A stretch of 63,984 nt of DNA, counting the filler, from Sluysia triapertura (taxonomy: Eukaryota): NCBI GenBank assembly GCA_046118255.1. It is 4 parts of 4 records of this genome, joined end to end, with 100 filler letters (N's around TTAATTAATTAA, not from the genome) between each part and the next. Parts side by side here need not be neighbours in the genome. Positions count along the whole stretch, not along the records: positions 1 to 21,512 come from JBJNIA010253968.1; positions 21,613 to 38,068 come from JBJNIA010203374.1; 2 more parts are not named here. One strand, given 5' to 3'. The position numbers were made by a program, and so were the translations under genes. The notes beneath the pieces are model-generated. The model searched no databases. It had not been told where the DNA came from and saw only the letters and a program-made list of their open reading frames with translations. Position 1 is the first letter of the stretch; every line of letters starts with the position of its first letter. This document shows positions 14,197-25,748 of this stretch, piece by piece.

Positions 14197-15070
14197 TGCT
14201 GTGGTTTTTATTAAAATTTATGCCGAAACCTACGGCAAAATAGAAAATCGAGCAGGGTTCGGTTGCAGTAAGCGTCTTACGTCGCAAAGAAGGCACCTCT
14301 GCAAGAAATAAGTTAAAGGAAATACAATAAATTAAATTTATGCTTCTACAACTAGAGGTTCTAATAAATTCACGAACAACTAACAAAACTATTTATTAAT
14401 GAATTAAAATTTTATACAATTTAAGTTATAATACAAAATAAAGGTAACAGAATAGAAAGAAAAGTAAAATTTATTATTAAAACTTTTAAAAGTCTTTAAT
14501 AATTAATAATTATTAGATTAGAGTGGACTTTACTCCTCAATATATCGGGCAATCTTAGAAATAAATTAAACTAAAGATAATCTTAAGTGGATTTTATGAT
14601 ATTTGCTTTCTTAGATAAAACAAATATCAATCTTAATAAAAACAAATTACTTGTTGCATGGAATAAAAACAGTCCGAGCAGAACATTCCTGATGTGTCTT
14701 GATAGTTTGAATCCACGTAGAAAGAATAATGAATTATATCCGTTTGATAGAAACTGTCTCTGTCGCAAAGATTTAAAAAATGCTGTTGATAATACTGCAA
14801 CTTATTTTACAAAATGGCGATTTTCATGGTATTGATGCTAGTTTATATACTAGTCATTATCCAATGAAAATCAACGGAATGTTCTAGAACATTCTAGAAG
14901 CTTCTATGCTATTTATAGAAGCTAGTTTAATTTTTGGAAAATAAATGTTCTTTAATTAATGTTAATTGATTTAATTAATTTTTTATGATTTTTTCGTGAT
15001 TTTAAATAATCTTAAGGAGCTATTATTTCGTCTTAGAATTATTTTGTAGGGTTGTGATGGTAACCTAACA
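14197..15070 (-). mobile_element. Solo-LTR-like element, copy A (HSE-CCAAT-TATA promoter)
   Basis: Minus strand begins TGTTAGGTTACCATC and ends AATAAAAACCACAGCA; homologous to copies B, C and D. Confidence 0.7.
14842..14905 (-). promoter_or_regulatory. Six-unit heat-shock element plus CCAAT and TATA boxes, oriented toward ABCB1
   Basis: 14876-14905 reads gGAAt gTTCt aGAAc aTTCt aGAAg cTTCt; CCAAT at 14861; TATATAAA on the minus strand at 14842-14849. Confidence 0.75.
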
Positions 15071-15143
15071 GTTCCATAGATATTTTAACTTTGTAATTCA
15101 AATAATAATATGAATAACGATATTAAATGATTCGTTATGATCT

Positions 15144-16019
15144 TGTTAAGTTGCCATCGCAACCCACGAAAATTGTGTAAAATATCATTATAAACATTTT
15201 AAAAATGTTTTAAAGCTTCGAAATAACTAAAAAATATTGATTTGTCAAAAAAAGAAATTTATTTTCCAAAAAAATAAAATTTCGAAAAGAAAATAAGCTT
15301 CTAAAAACAGAATAGAAGCTTCTAGAATGTTCTAAAACATTCCATCGATTTCAATTGGCTGTTGACTAGTATATAAAATAGCACCAGTTCAATTTACAAC
15401 ACAATTTTTAAGTATATTTTTTAAGTATATTTTTACAATTCATTATTCAATACGCTGTTTAACCGACGCCATCTTAGTTTTTTGATTTATAATTAATTTA
15501 ATCAAATCTACTCAGCCATCGAGGATATTAATTTGGTTTTCGGTATGATTTATTATTATAGGAGAATTTCAATCTCTACGATTGGAATCGTAAAATATAC
15601 GTAATAACATTTTTATAAATCCCGATCTAATGAGAGTAATTTTTTAACTTAAACTATTATAATAAATCAAATATCATTTCGTTTTTGATTGTAAAATCAT
15701 TTATTCTATCTATTTTATCATTTTATTCTGTTTTTACCCGTTTTACATTAATTTATTAATATATTTATATTCTTTTGAATCTTTATTTAATAAACGAATT
15801 TAATACATCGAGTTTTTGTAAATCGGTTAGAATGATAATATAAATAAAATCCTCTAGTTTAGTCAGCAAACTTCATTTTAAGTTGTTATACAAATTCTTA
15901 TATTAAGATTAACTTAGTGTTAATTGCAGAAACGCCATCTTTACGACATAAGATGTTTACTGTAACCTGATCCTGCTCAATTTTTTGCAGTATGTTAAGA
16001 GTTAAGAAAAACCACAGCA
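15144..16019 (+). mobile_element. Solo-LTR-like element, copy B (head-to-head with A)
   Basis: TGTTAAGTTGCCATC...AAAACCACAGCA; HSE 15314-15343 (one core mismatch), ATTGG 15354, TATATAAA 15370. Confidence 0.7.
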
Positions 16020-16935
16020 GTTTTTTGAACAAGACTAATTCTTAAGATATACCTCTCAAATAAAAGTCAATTTACGCGAATGTTTATAGTTCATGCTAAT
16101 ATAGACATGCATTATATTTAATATTTTAAAGGTTTCTTAAAGTTCTGTAATGTCGAATCTATGATTATTATCATTATTCTCAAAATTCACAGAGAGAGAA
16201 TATATTAAATATAAATGTAAGATTAATGTGTTGGAGTCTGCTCTATTAATTTGAATTAGGAATGGCAATCTAAGAACCCCTAAGAATAAACACTTTTGCA
16301 TTTGTTGTGATGGTTTATATTCTATAATTTATGGTATTCTAATTCAATATTTTTAATGATAAAAGATTTCACAGATTTTAATCTTGGTCATTTTTGTAAT
16401 GCCAATATAAATGTTGTGAGTTCAACTCTACAATCTAACACAAAATACAAATGATGAACCCTACAATCAAAAGGCAACAGTCAAAACATATTGTGATGGT
16501 TCAATTATTAACCACGAATATATTATATCACCTACACAATAACTTCACCTAAACACATTGTAAAGTATAACACATATAGTATTATGCAATATCACGTCAA
16601 TCCCTAAACTCCTTTATCAATTATTAACTTTCGAAATAGTAAAGTTATAAGATTTTTTAAATAATTTTAAACTATTTCTATCATCTAATAACATGATTAA
16701 ATTGTAATTTTGATAAAACTTTATAACCTACAATTGTCATTATTATTAACTTTATCACCAGTGACGCTGGTAATCCGACTAAAGCCCAAAGGTTATCGAG
16801 ACCCTACGTTAAAATTCTTGTCTTCATTAAAGAGTCTTATTTTTTATTGTATGTAGAATTAAAATGGTCTTTCAAAAGACTTGCCACTTTGCTTATCAAT
16901 AATTTAAAAGGAATAAGCTTAAAAAATTATCATAC

Positions 16936-17694
16936 TTTTAGGTTATCATCATGACCCTTTAAAATCGCATAAAATGCTTTAAAGTGATTTATAAATGTCT
17001 AAAAACACTTTTAAAATAATTATTTTCCAAAAAGAAAATAACATTTCGAAAAAAGAAAATTCGCTTCTAAAAATAGAGTAGAATCTTCGAGAATATTCTA
17101 GAACATTCCATCGATTAGTATCTAAACTAGCATCAGTTTAATGAAAATCGCCATTTTACAAATATAATTTGGCAATAGTCAGCATCATTTTTAAAGTGCA
17201 ATTAGTAATCAGCTCCATTTTGAATTTAGTCATTATTTTAGCATACTGTTAGATCGGCTTCTAACAGATCTAATTCATAACAAAAAACATCACAATAAGA
17301 TCTTATTTTCCAAGGTGATTTTTTTATTTTGTTTTAAGGTTATTTTCATTTTTCATAAGTCAAAATCATAAACTATACTTAAAATCAAATTTAATTCTAA
17401 TATTGTAAGAACCCCGATATATTGAAGGGAGACTTTCCAAGTAAATTTTAAAAGAAAATAGATTAAATATTCCAAGAGGATTTTAATCTTAAAATAATAT
17501 TCAAAGTTTTGTTTTTTGTTATTTCCATTGTATAAAATCATTAAGTTAGGAATGTACTAAACATATTTTTTAAGTGAAAATAGTTAACTTATCAAGTTGC
17601 AGAAACACGAACTACAAGCCGTAAGACGTTTTCTGTAACCGGACCCTGCTCATTTTTATTTTGCCATAGGTATAGCTTTAAGAAAACCACATCA
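16936..17694 (+). mobile_element. Solo-LTR-like element, copy C
   Basis: TTTTAGGTTATCATC...AAAACCACATCA; perfect six-unit HSE at 17080-17109; 3' block shared with A and B. Confidence 0.68.
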
Positions 17695-20166
17695 CTGCCT
17701 ACGATCCTAAACTTTCGAATCACGGCTAATTCGTAGGATTTTTACAAATATGATATGAAGGAGGTCGAACACGATTGGAAATTGTTCTGAGTCTAATGTT
17801 GCTTTTCGTTAGCTTAAGAATTGAATAAAAATCTTAAGGTTTATCTAAGGTCGATGAGATACGAGTATGAGTTAATTAAATTAATGATCTTCTTATATTA
17901 GTACCGTTCTGAGGCGATATTAATTGAACTTAGACCGTATGGTATAATATGATTTGCTTTCCGCTTAATAGCCATATTAGTTTAAAATATCTGAATTTAC
18001 TTAGGTTCTATTTAAAAAGAACCTAATCTTGGGATTGCCCAACTGTGGATCTGGAGATGAGTGAAAACATATAAAACCATAAAATAAGGAAAAAACTGAT
18101 ACAAGTAATGGATTGAACATTAAAAACATTGTTGAAATAAGAATCATGAAAGAGGACACATTTATAATAATCTCAACAGCAAAGAAAGCCTTAATATTTA
18201 GCAAAGCCAAATTTTAATTAATTTTTAATCATGAAATGTTGAATTTTTAATACTTAGTGATGCAAATATGATGGATAGAAGATGAGGTGATTGCTATGGA
18301 AGAGGAGAATCTGTAAGTGAGTTCGAAATGTTTGTAAAATAGTTCGTTTGAGAATAAGAACCTTAAAACATTTTTCATTAGAAAATTGGATGTGAAAAAT
18401 AAAAAATTAATTAAAAAATAGTGTAAATTAAAATAAAATTCATTATTTTTATGTATGTTAACAGTATTGCTGATTGTTATTTTAATGCGAAAAGTGATTT
18501 AAGTAAAAATATATTGAGTAGAGTAAAAGAAAATGATGTTTGATAATAAATCAGATTTCTATGTTTTTGCCTAATAAAGTTTGACAGGCCATACCATGTA
18601 GTTGTCAAAGTTGTTATTGTCGGTCTGATTCTCAAAGAGGTGAGGATGATTTGTGTGAGAGAGTGTTTGGTTGTGAGATTATGAATTGATTGGATGATTA
18701 GAAAGTATAAAATAAAGATTTCAAAATTTTTACAACACAATAATACAATAACACAACAACAACGATGTCAACAATGATGATAGAAGATCCATGCATAGGG
18801 TAAAATTTGTAAGTTTGGTTTATTTATTTATTATTTCATTAAAATAACATAAATAACTAATTTTATTTTAATTTGGATAATTTTAATATTATATTATTTT
18901 CAGTTAATTTTTGAGATGTTTTTAAGTTAAGTTGATAGGAACTCCCTGCACAATTTATTTTTAAAGTAATTTGAATTATCCATTTGATTTTCAGCTAATT
19001 GTAAGATAATTTAGTGGGAGACATTCTACCCAATTTATTTTTTTTAATATTTTTAATCACCATTATTAGTTTAAACTTTCTAGATATTCATATTTTTAGT
19101 GGTTGTTGCGTCACTCCTGGTTGTTTTGTTTAAATTAGATTGTAGTGTTTTGACTTTATTATAAACATTATTGTTATTGTTGTCATTTTAGTGATTCTTA
19201 GCATTTAGTAAAGATTTTCATTGACAATAAATTGTATTACGAATTTTTGTTTAATAGTACATTATTGACTTAGTTTTGATCTTGATTGTCAAGAACTTAA
19301 ATTTGGAGATGATAGTTATTAATATTATAAAAAAGATTATTGCAAAAATATATTTGATATACTGACTATTTAAATTATTAAGGTTCCTTTAAGCTAACCA
19401 AGTTAATATTGAGTCATAATAGCCAGTAATTTTAAATACGCAACAATTGTGTGAACGTATACTATTATTATAATACAACTGCCATGTTCGGAATATTAAG
19501 CTCAAATATAATTGATAAAGTTTATAAGAACAAATGAGCAAAACGTTCTCGAATATGAGAATGTGATTAAAATACCAAATTTGATAAAATTTAATAAAAG
19601 AAATAGAACCTTGATTGTAATTAACAATCACCCGAAATATTTTATAATGTAACACCGAAGCATTTATTATATTTATTCAGTAAATAAAGGTGCTGACTGC
19701 AGAAAGAAGTTATGCTCTAAAATACCATCAAACACTAAATCTTAAGTTTTGTTATAAATCATTATCTCTATTCTGTGTTTAGAATTTTATAAGACAATTT
19801 AATTATTTTCATATTATCTATAATAAAACTACGATGCCTGAGAATAGAATATTGCAAGTGGGAAGTAACCACGAATTTTTATTAAGATTAAGAACTATTG
19901 GTATTTTTAGATGCTGAATTTGTTCAAGTGAAACACAAGAAACTAGGATAAGCCAGTATAGTGATAATAAATTACGAAGGACAAGAAGTGTTTGTCACTA
20001 AAACTACACCCCGAAATTATGTGACAGATTACAATACTAAAATTACTAATTTTACTGAAACAGATTTGATTAATCAAATAGATGAACGACTTCCTCTGAA
20101 TCATCTAAATCTATGTTCGGACTGCGAGAAAAATCCTTATAATTAGGTTTTATGTATTGTATTTAT

Positions 20167-20402
20167 TGCAATGGTTTTCTTAAATCTAAACCTGTGGAAA
20201 AATAGAAATTTGAGTAGGGCCCGGCTATAGCAAACTTTCTTATATCGTGTAGAATGTTTTAGTACATTCTAGAAATTTCTTTTCTATTTTTAGTAAGGAA
20301 TTTTCTTTTTTAGAAAATAAGATTTCTTTTTAAGAAATAGGCTTAAATTAATATCTTCAGATGTTTTTGTTGTTTTACTTAATTTTTAATAACAACCTAG
20401 CA
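20167..20402 (-). mobile_element. Internally deleted copy D of the same LTR-like family
   Basis: Both termini retained (minus strand TGCTAGGTT...AAAACCATTGCA), eroded HSE near 20250-20280, possible TTAT 4-bp TSD. Confidence 0.6.
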
Positions 20403-21512
20403 TTATTAATGATAATCAAATATTAATCGATTAATCACATGTGTTAAATACTTTGATTTTTTAGATATTACATGTAAATATATAGTCTCTAATTATTATC
20501 TTGATATTTTGAGGAAATGGCTTGGAAAGATCTTTCTAAAACAAACGCATACACTATCACCATATTACCGTAGCTTTCCGCATTGAAACGGTATTTTTCC
20601 TATATTAAGTTACTATTTTATTTTTAGATTTCATGCTACTTTATATTTAAATTTAAATATCAAAAATATTGTTATTCTAATATATTAATTATTAACATTG
20701 ATCATTAACATATTATATTAATATTGTAAATAAAATAATTTATGTCAATTTATGTAAATAGCTGAAAATATTTTAATATTTATGTCAATTTTTATAAATA
20801 GTTAAAAATATTTTAATTTAAAGTAAAATAATTTATGTAAATATTCAAAAAACATTGTAAATATTTTAATTATAAAAATCTTTATGTAAAAAAACAATAA
20901 AAATAATCTATTGTAAATATTTTAATTACATCAATTATAATCAATTATTATTTTATTATAAATCAAATAAACATTTAAAGCATTATTACATAAACGGATA
21001 TTTACGAATTATAAATCCTTATTCAACGGATATTTATTTGATATTTACGAATTTTATATATCATTAATCCTTATTCAACGGATATTTATTTTAAAAATTT
21101 TATGTTTATTGAAACAATTAGACCAGACATTTAAAATATTATCAGAGAGTATATAAAGGTATGGATATTTTAAGAACAACACAATGTTTTTTAGAAAGCT
21201 TACGAATTGAATTTTTAGAAGTTATAACGATATTCCTTGGAAATAATAACAATTAATAGACGTTTCAATTTGGCACAGAGTTACTTAACGATTATTTGGA
21301 CAACACGATTTCTGATTGATTTTTTGAAATATTTGGACGTTTCTACAATTTGATTTTTTCCAATTTGGTCATACCATAGTTAACACGAAGTTTGACGATT
21401 TTTTGGTTTCTCAATTTGGTTGTACAATTCGATTCCCACAATTTCGGATATTTTCGATTTGGTCAAAAGATTACGTAAGCTCTTAATTATAAGTTATTAG
21501 ACCCGATTAGTC

Positions 21513-21612
21513 NNNNNNNNNNNNNNNNNNNNNNNNNNNNNNNNNNNNNNNNNNNNTTAATTAATTAANNNNNNNNNNNNNNNNNNNNNNNNNNNNNNNN
21601 NNNNNNNNNNNN
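21513..21612. other. Assembly gap/spacer (N44-TTAATTAATTAA-N44)
   Basis: Seen directly; all-frame stop linker. Confidence 0.97.
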
Positions 21613-21839
21613 AATATTTGCTTTCTTGTTTCAATATAATTTTACACATTCATATTTGTTTATAGCTTTTGTTTATTGATTATGATTTTGCATGTAGTGT
21701 TTAACTGAAAGTTATGTATTAACACTTTATTTTTATTTTAGTTTTTTTTTGTTAATTTTGTTTTTTCTGATATTTGTAAAAACTTTAAAGAAATATCAAA
21801 GTTCCTTGTGCTTGATCACGAATTAACCAATCATTAGAA

Positions 21840-22817
21840 TTGCTAAAAATAGCTTTGTGTTTTGTATTAATCGAAGTTATTTTTCTTTTTATGAAACGAT
21901 TCATAATAAAAACAAAGATTCAAAGGTTACATAATAATTCAAAATTTTTTAAATTACATTCAGAATTAACTTGGTTAACGAAGAGCAATTGTATCGTGAA
22001 CCTAATTTCGAACATGCTTGACAAAGAAAATGAGTTTCATTTTGAAAAACGAGAAACTTCAGCAACTTTGGCATTGAACCACTACGTGATTAATCTAACA
22101 GCACATAAGTATAGATCAATAAATGATCGTTATGTAACGTCTCTATCGGATTACGAAGAGACTTCCAACAGATTGTTCAATATGTTTTCGTGTCGAGCAC
22201 ATGGAATCCGTACCTTGACAGATGTGAATGAAAATGAGCGCATTTCAAAGTTTGATGAACACCAGCTTATGGTTCGTCCAGAATTGGCCCACGCTTTTAA
22301 AATGTCCGAACTTTTACTAAAAAACGAATTTAAACAATTGTTTGATCAGTATGTGTATAGATTGCGTTATCAAGATGTGTCTAATCGTAATAAAGTAGCA
22401 CTGATGTCATTTCATATAGCTCACGAAATTGAACAGACCAATTTTTACCCAATGAGTCGAGTGTTAGAATTACCTGGAAAAAAATTTAGTAAAACTGAAT
22501 TTTGTGAAATGGAACGAAACATAGTAAAAGCTTTAGATTTTAATTTATATCCATCATTACCTATTAATTATTTATGCACTCTTATTTTAATGGAAACTGC
22601 GATGTTTGATGTTTTCAAATTCAGTTTTGAATATATGAATGAGGATCGTTATTTTTCTTTTCAATTTTTCATTAACGAAATTAATTTAAAATATTTTAAT
22701 CCTCACGTAGACCTTAAGTCTGATTTCACTAATATTAAAATTCTAATTGTTGAATTTAAATCTCTAAAAAATTTTCTTAAATTAAATATTAATATATACC
22801 GGCCATTACAATCGTGA
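21840..22817 (+). CDS. Divergent intronless cyclin-box protein (plausible ATG start near 22014, MLDKEN)
   Basis: VALMSFHIAHEIEQ...FSKTEFCEMERNIVKALDFNLYPSLPINYL matches cyclin-N helices 3-5; KEN motif near the likely start. Confidence 0.7.
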   Translation: MLKIALCFVLIEVIFLFMKRFIIKTKIQRLHNNSKFFKLHSELTWLTKSNCIVNLISNMLDKENEFHFEKRETSATLALNHYVINLTAHKYRSINDRYVTSLSDYEETSNRLFNMFSCRAHGIRTLTDVNENERISKFDEHQLMVRPELAHAFKMSELLLKNEFKQLFDQYVYRLRYQDVSNRNKVALMSFHIAHEIEQTNFYPMSRVLELPGKKFSKTEFCEMERNIVKALDFNLYPSLPINYLCTLILMETAMFDVFKFSFEYMNEDRYFSFQFFINEINLKYFNPHVDLKSDFTNIKILIVEFKSLKNFLKLNINIYRPLQS

Positions 22818-22915
22818 TGCCATACTTTTATCAGGGTTTCAATAAGTTCCGTTGGTTTGTGGGTAGAAACTCTCCTTTTGACAATCTCCCACAAATTTTC
22901 TATGGGATTCATGTC
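22812..22915 (-). mobile_element. Tc1/mariner transposase fragment
   Basis: DMNPIENLWEIVKRRV, the (SP)DLNPIENLW catalytic-E motif. Confidence 0.8.
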
Positions 22916-23096
22916 TGTTTTTCCTGTTTTAGTCTAATAATTTGGCCACCACTGTAGATGCAATGGAAGATGTTGAAGAATCCATCGAAATATTCAAATT
23001 TATTTAATTTTTCGTTGTGATATCGGTGTTTTTACAATTTCGAACTAAGAACTTCTAGAAGATTGGCAGAAGTTCAAGATTAACGAATAATTAGGG

Positions 23097-23649
23097 CAAA
23101 GTTGCGCAAACTAGAGTTTGAGACTCCGGATGAGGGCGCTAAAAAATTTAAAATTGTTCGATTTTACAAACAAAGTTTTGTGTTTTCTTTGAATATTTTT
23201 TGTTGTTTTTTTTACCAGTTCAAGTAATTCCATCATGTAATTCCATAATTTACGTTCTTGATGTGGAACAATCATCAAGAATAGAATTTCAAAACAAAAA
23301 TACTTACAAATTAATAAAGCAATTATACATGTGCACTATTTGGTATTCTGCTATTTTTTAGCTGTTAATTAAAAATAACATTAGTAGACTGCTATCACAA
23401 TCCCGAAATAGCAGCTATTAAATAACAGCGACGTGTTGAAAAAATATTAATATTTCACAGAAGTGAAACATATTAACAGATATAATATTGCATTTTTGAT
23501 ATAAATTAAAATTTAATTTATAAGAAACAGAAAAATACATTTTTGTTATTAAAAAGGTGTTTATATTATTTATGAAGTTGTTTTATGATTGGAGGTGCCA
23601 AAAAAATATGTTGAAATGGGTCGCAACGTAAAAAGTTTGCGCAAGCCTG
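23097..23649. mobile_element. Non-autonomous hAT (Buster/Charlie-type) element
   Basis: TIRs CAAAGTTGCGCAAACT / AGTTTGCGCAAGCCTG; perfect 8-bp TSD AATTAGGG (23089-23096 and 23650-23657) with central TA. Confidence 0.88.
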
Positions 23650-24166
23650 AATTAGGGTGTATTCAGTTACTAGATAAGCCAATTCAGACAATTCGTGTGA
23701 GGTACGACCCTAATCTTGAAGTTACTATTGTTAAAACAGTTCAAAATGAAGCAAAATATTCGTAAATAGTTGTTACATCTTTTACATAATTATACTTTCA
23801 TTTTCGATTCACTGGGAATAATGAGTATTGCAGCAATGTTTGCTCAGGATGTATCATATCACATCAATAATAACGGGAAATTGCAGAAAATATAAACATT
23901 AATAAACATCAAAAAATAAACATTAAAATGGATATTTCATATAATATTATGTTACATTTTCCAAGGGTCGAAGCATTAATCGCAAGTTGAACTTGTCATA
24001 TTGATTATGTTAAAAGTGTCCCATGGAAGAGGTGTTTGGGGGAGCTGGTTTAGTCGCATGCGCGGTTCTTTATAGATTGATTAAATTGGGATTTGGTGTT
24101 AATTAATGGGATTTAGACGATGTTTATTGTATTTGGTAAGTTGACAATTAATTTGTTTGCATCGTA

Positions 24167-24217
24167 AATCCATTCGAAGTCATTGTAATATAAATTATTA
24201 ATACCAATGTACACAAA
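24167..24217 (-). pseudogene. Polinton pPolB motif A remnant
   Basis: FVYIGINNLYYNDFEWI resembles YLDxNNLYG...FEW with an internal deletion; collinear with the upstream PolB fragment. Confidence 0.45.
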
Positions 24218-25390
24218 CTATTATTATCAGATCTTACACAAAGTTTCCAAAAAAACTAAACACATCAAGAATAGTTAAAACCAGTTACTCATCATCTTGT
24301 GATTTAACTGTTGATACTTAACTTAAGCCAGATTTAAATGATTTTCATTTGTTGCTTTTCCTAAATTCTTCAAAAATGTCAACCAATAAATATGTTATTG
24401 TGTATGGATTTAGTTTGTGTGTATCTATTGTGCAATGGCTTATTGGATACATCGTTAGTGGGTATAGTGTTATTGGGTTATAAATTCGTTTAGGATCGTG
24501 TTTACTTTATGTGAAATGTTAAAGGATCGAATGTATTTTATCGTAAGATAGAGATGGTGGTCGAATGTTAAGAATGAAAATCACAGTCGAGCATCATAAG
24601 GATATTGGAAAATTAACTCAATTACAGTTACGAGGGTTGAAATTAAGTAAAACTGGAATGAAATGTAGTTTGTTTGCATTAATAGTTTCACGTATTTTAA
24701 TTGAAATGTTATCCAAGTGAGGTTTATTTCAATCTGAATACCGAATAATTTTTATTGAAGATTATTTTCTTTTATTACTTTGGAATTCATCCTTTTTCGC
24801 GCTAAACAAAAATATAACAAAATGGGTTGGTATCACTCTACATTCACTTCTAGCATTAAATTGTCGCTGTGTCTATCGGATCTCCATTATTTCGAGTTGT
24901 ATTGATTTCAAAAATAACAGGTCAGCTCCAATCTCTTTCTGTCTATGCTGTCATCGAGAATATAAAGCTCTATCTTTTTACTAATTTGTTGATACAACCT
25001 TTTGTAAAATGTGCTAACTTCTATTAATCCTTTAAACAATTTCAGATACTTTTGAAGTTCCATTTGGCTGTAACACTTCGCGAACAATATTTGATGTACT
25101 TACTTCAACACAAAAAGTTAAGATATTCTGCAATTCTAATTTTCATTTAATTAATATTTCAATTAATATTTCGATATTATTTTTCAGGGATTTCATTAAA
25201 TACAGTTAACTTTTAATAGATTTTAAACACAAAGTCTTTATTATGGCACTCATTAAAAAGTTTTGCGAATATGGTATAATGTATCGTGATGTACATTGAA
25301 AATTTTGTTATTTGTGCTGTGGGTAAATGTTTTTCTGAAAAGTGATTCTGTAATAAAATCGGTGGTAATGAGTTGAACCACCACAGGAGT

Positions 25391-25654
25391 GTCTCATTTT
25401 AAATATACCATCATGTAATCGAATAAATTATCACAATTAATTCTTGCCACATTTAATATCTTATTATAATCGTTATCAGTTAGATCATTATTCTATTTTG
25501 TACTACTCAGAGTAGTCATCATGTGATAGGGAAAAATACTTTTTGATTTTGCTATACTATTTGAAAATACATTACTAGTTAATGATAGTGCAGACATCGT
25601 GCTCGTTAAATTTGCTAAAATACTTGGTGAAAATGGAAAACTATCTATAAATTT
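25391..25654 (-). pseudogene. Polinton/Maverick protein-primed DNA polymerase B fragment
   Basis: KFIDSFPFSPSILANL...KSIFPY...DLTDNDY...CDNLFDYMMVYLK*D resembles FIDSFRFMxSSL...KGxFPY...ISDEDY...CKTLGDYHDLYLKxD; two stops. Confidence 0.72.
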
Positions 25655-25748
25655 ATTTGAAAAAGTTTGTTAATTATTTAGTTAATTATTATGTAAATAA
25701 GGCTTGAAGTTTTTGCTGAAATTTTTGAAATTTTGCAGCTTTTAATCA

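Noticed and set aside
17700-19750. Possible LINE endonuclease/RT remnants (strand-skewed tracts; also 28500-28950)
   Set aside because: Only vague motif echoes, too degenerate to call without a search.
21557-21568. TTAATTAATTAA motif repeated three times in the window
   Set aside because: Artificial linker inside the N gaps, not biological.
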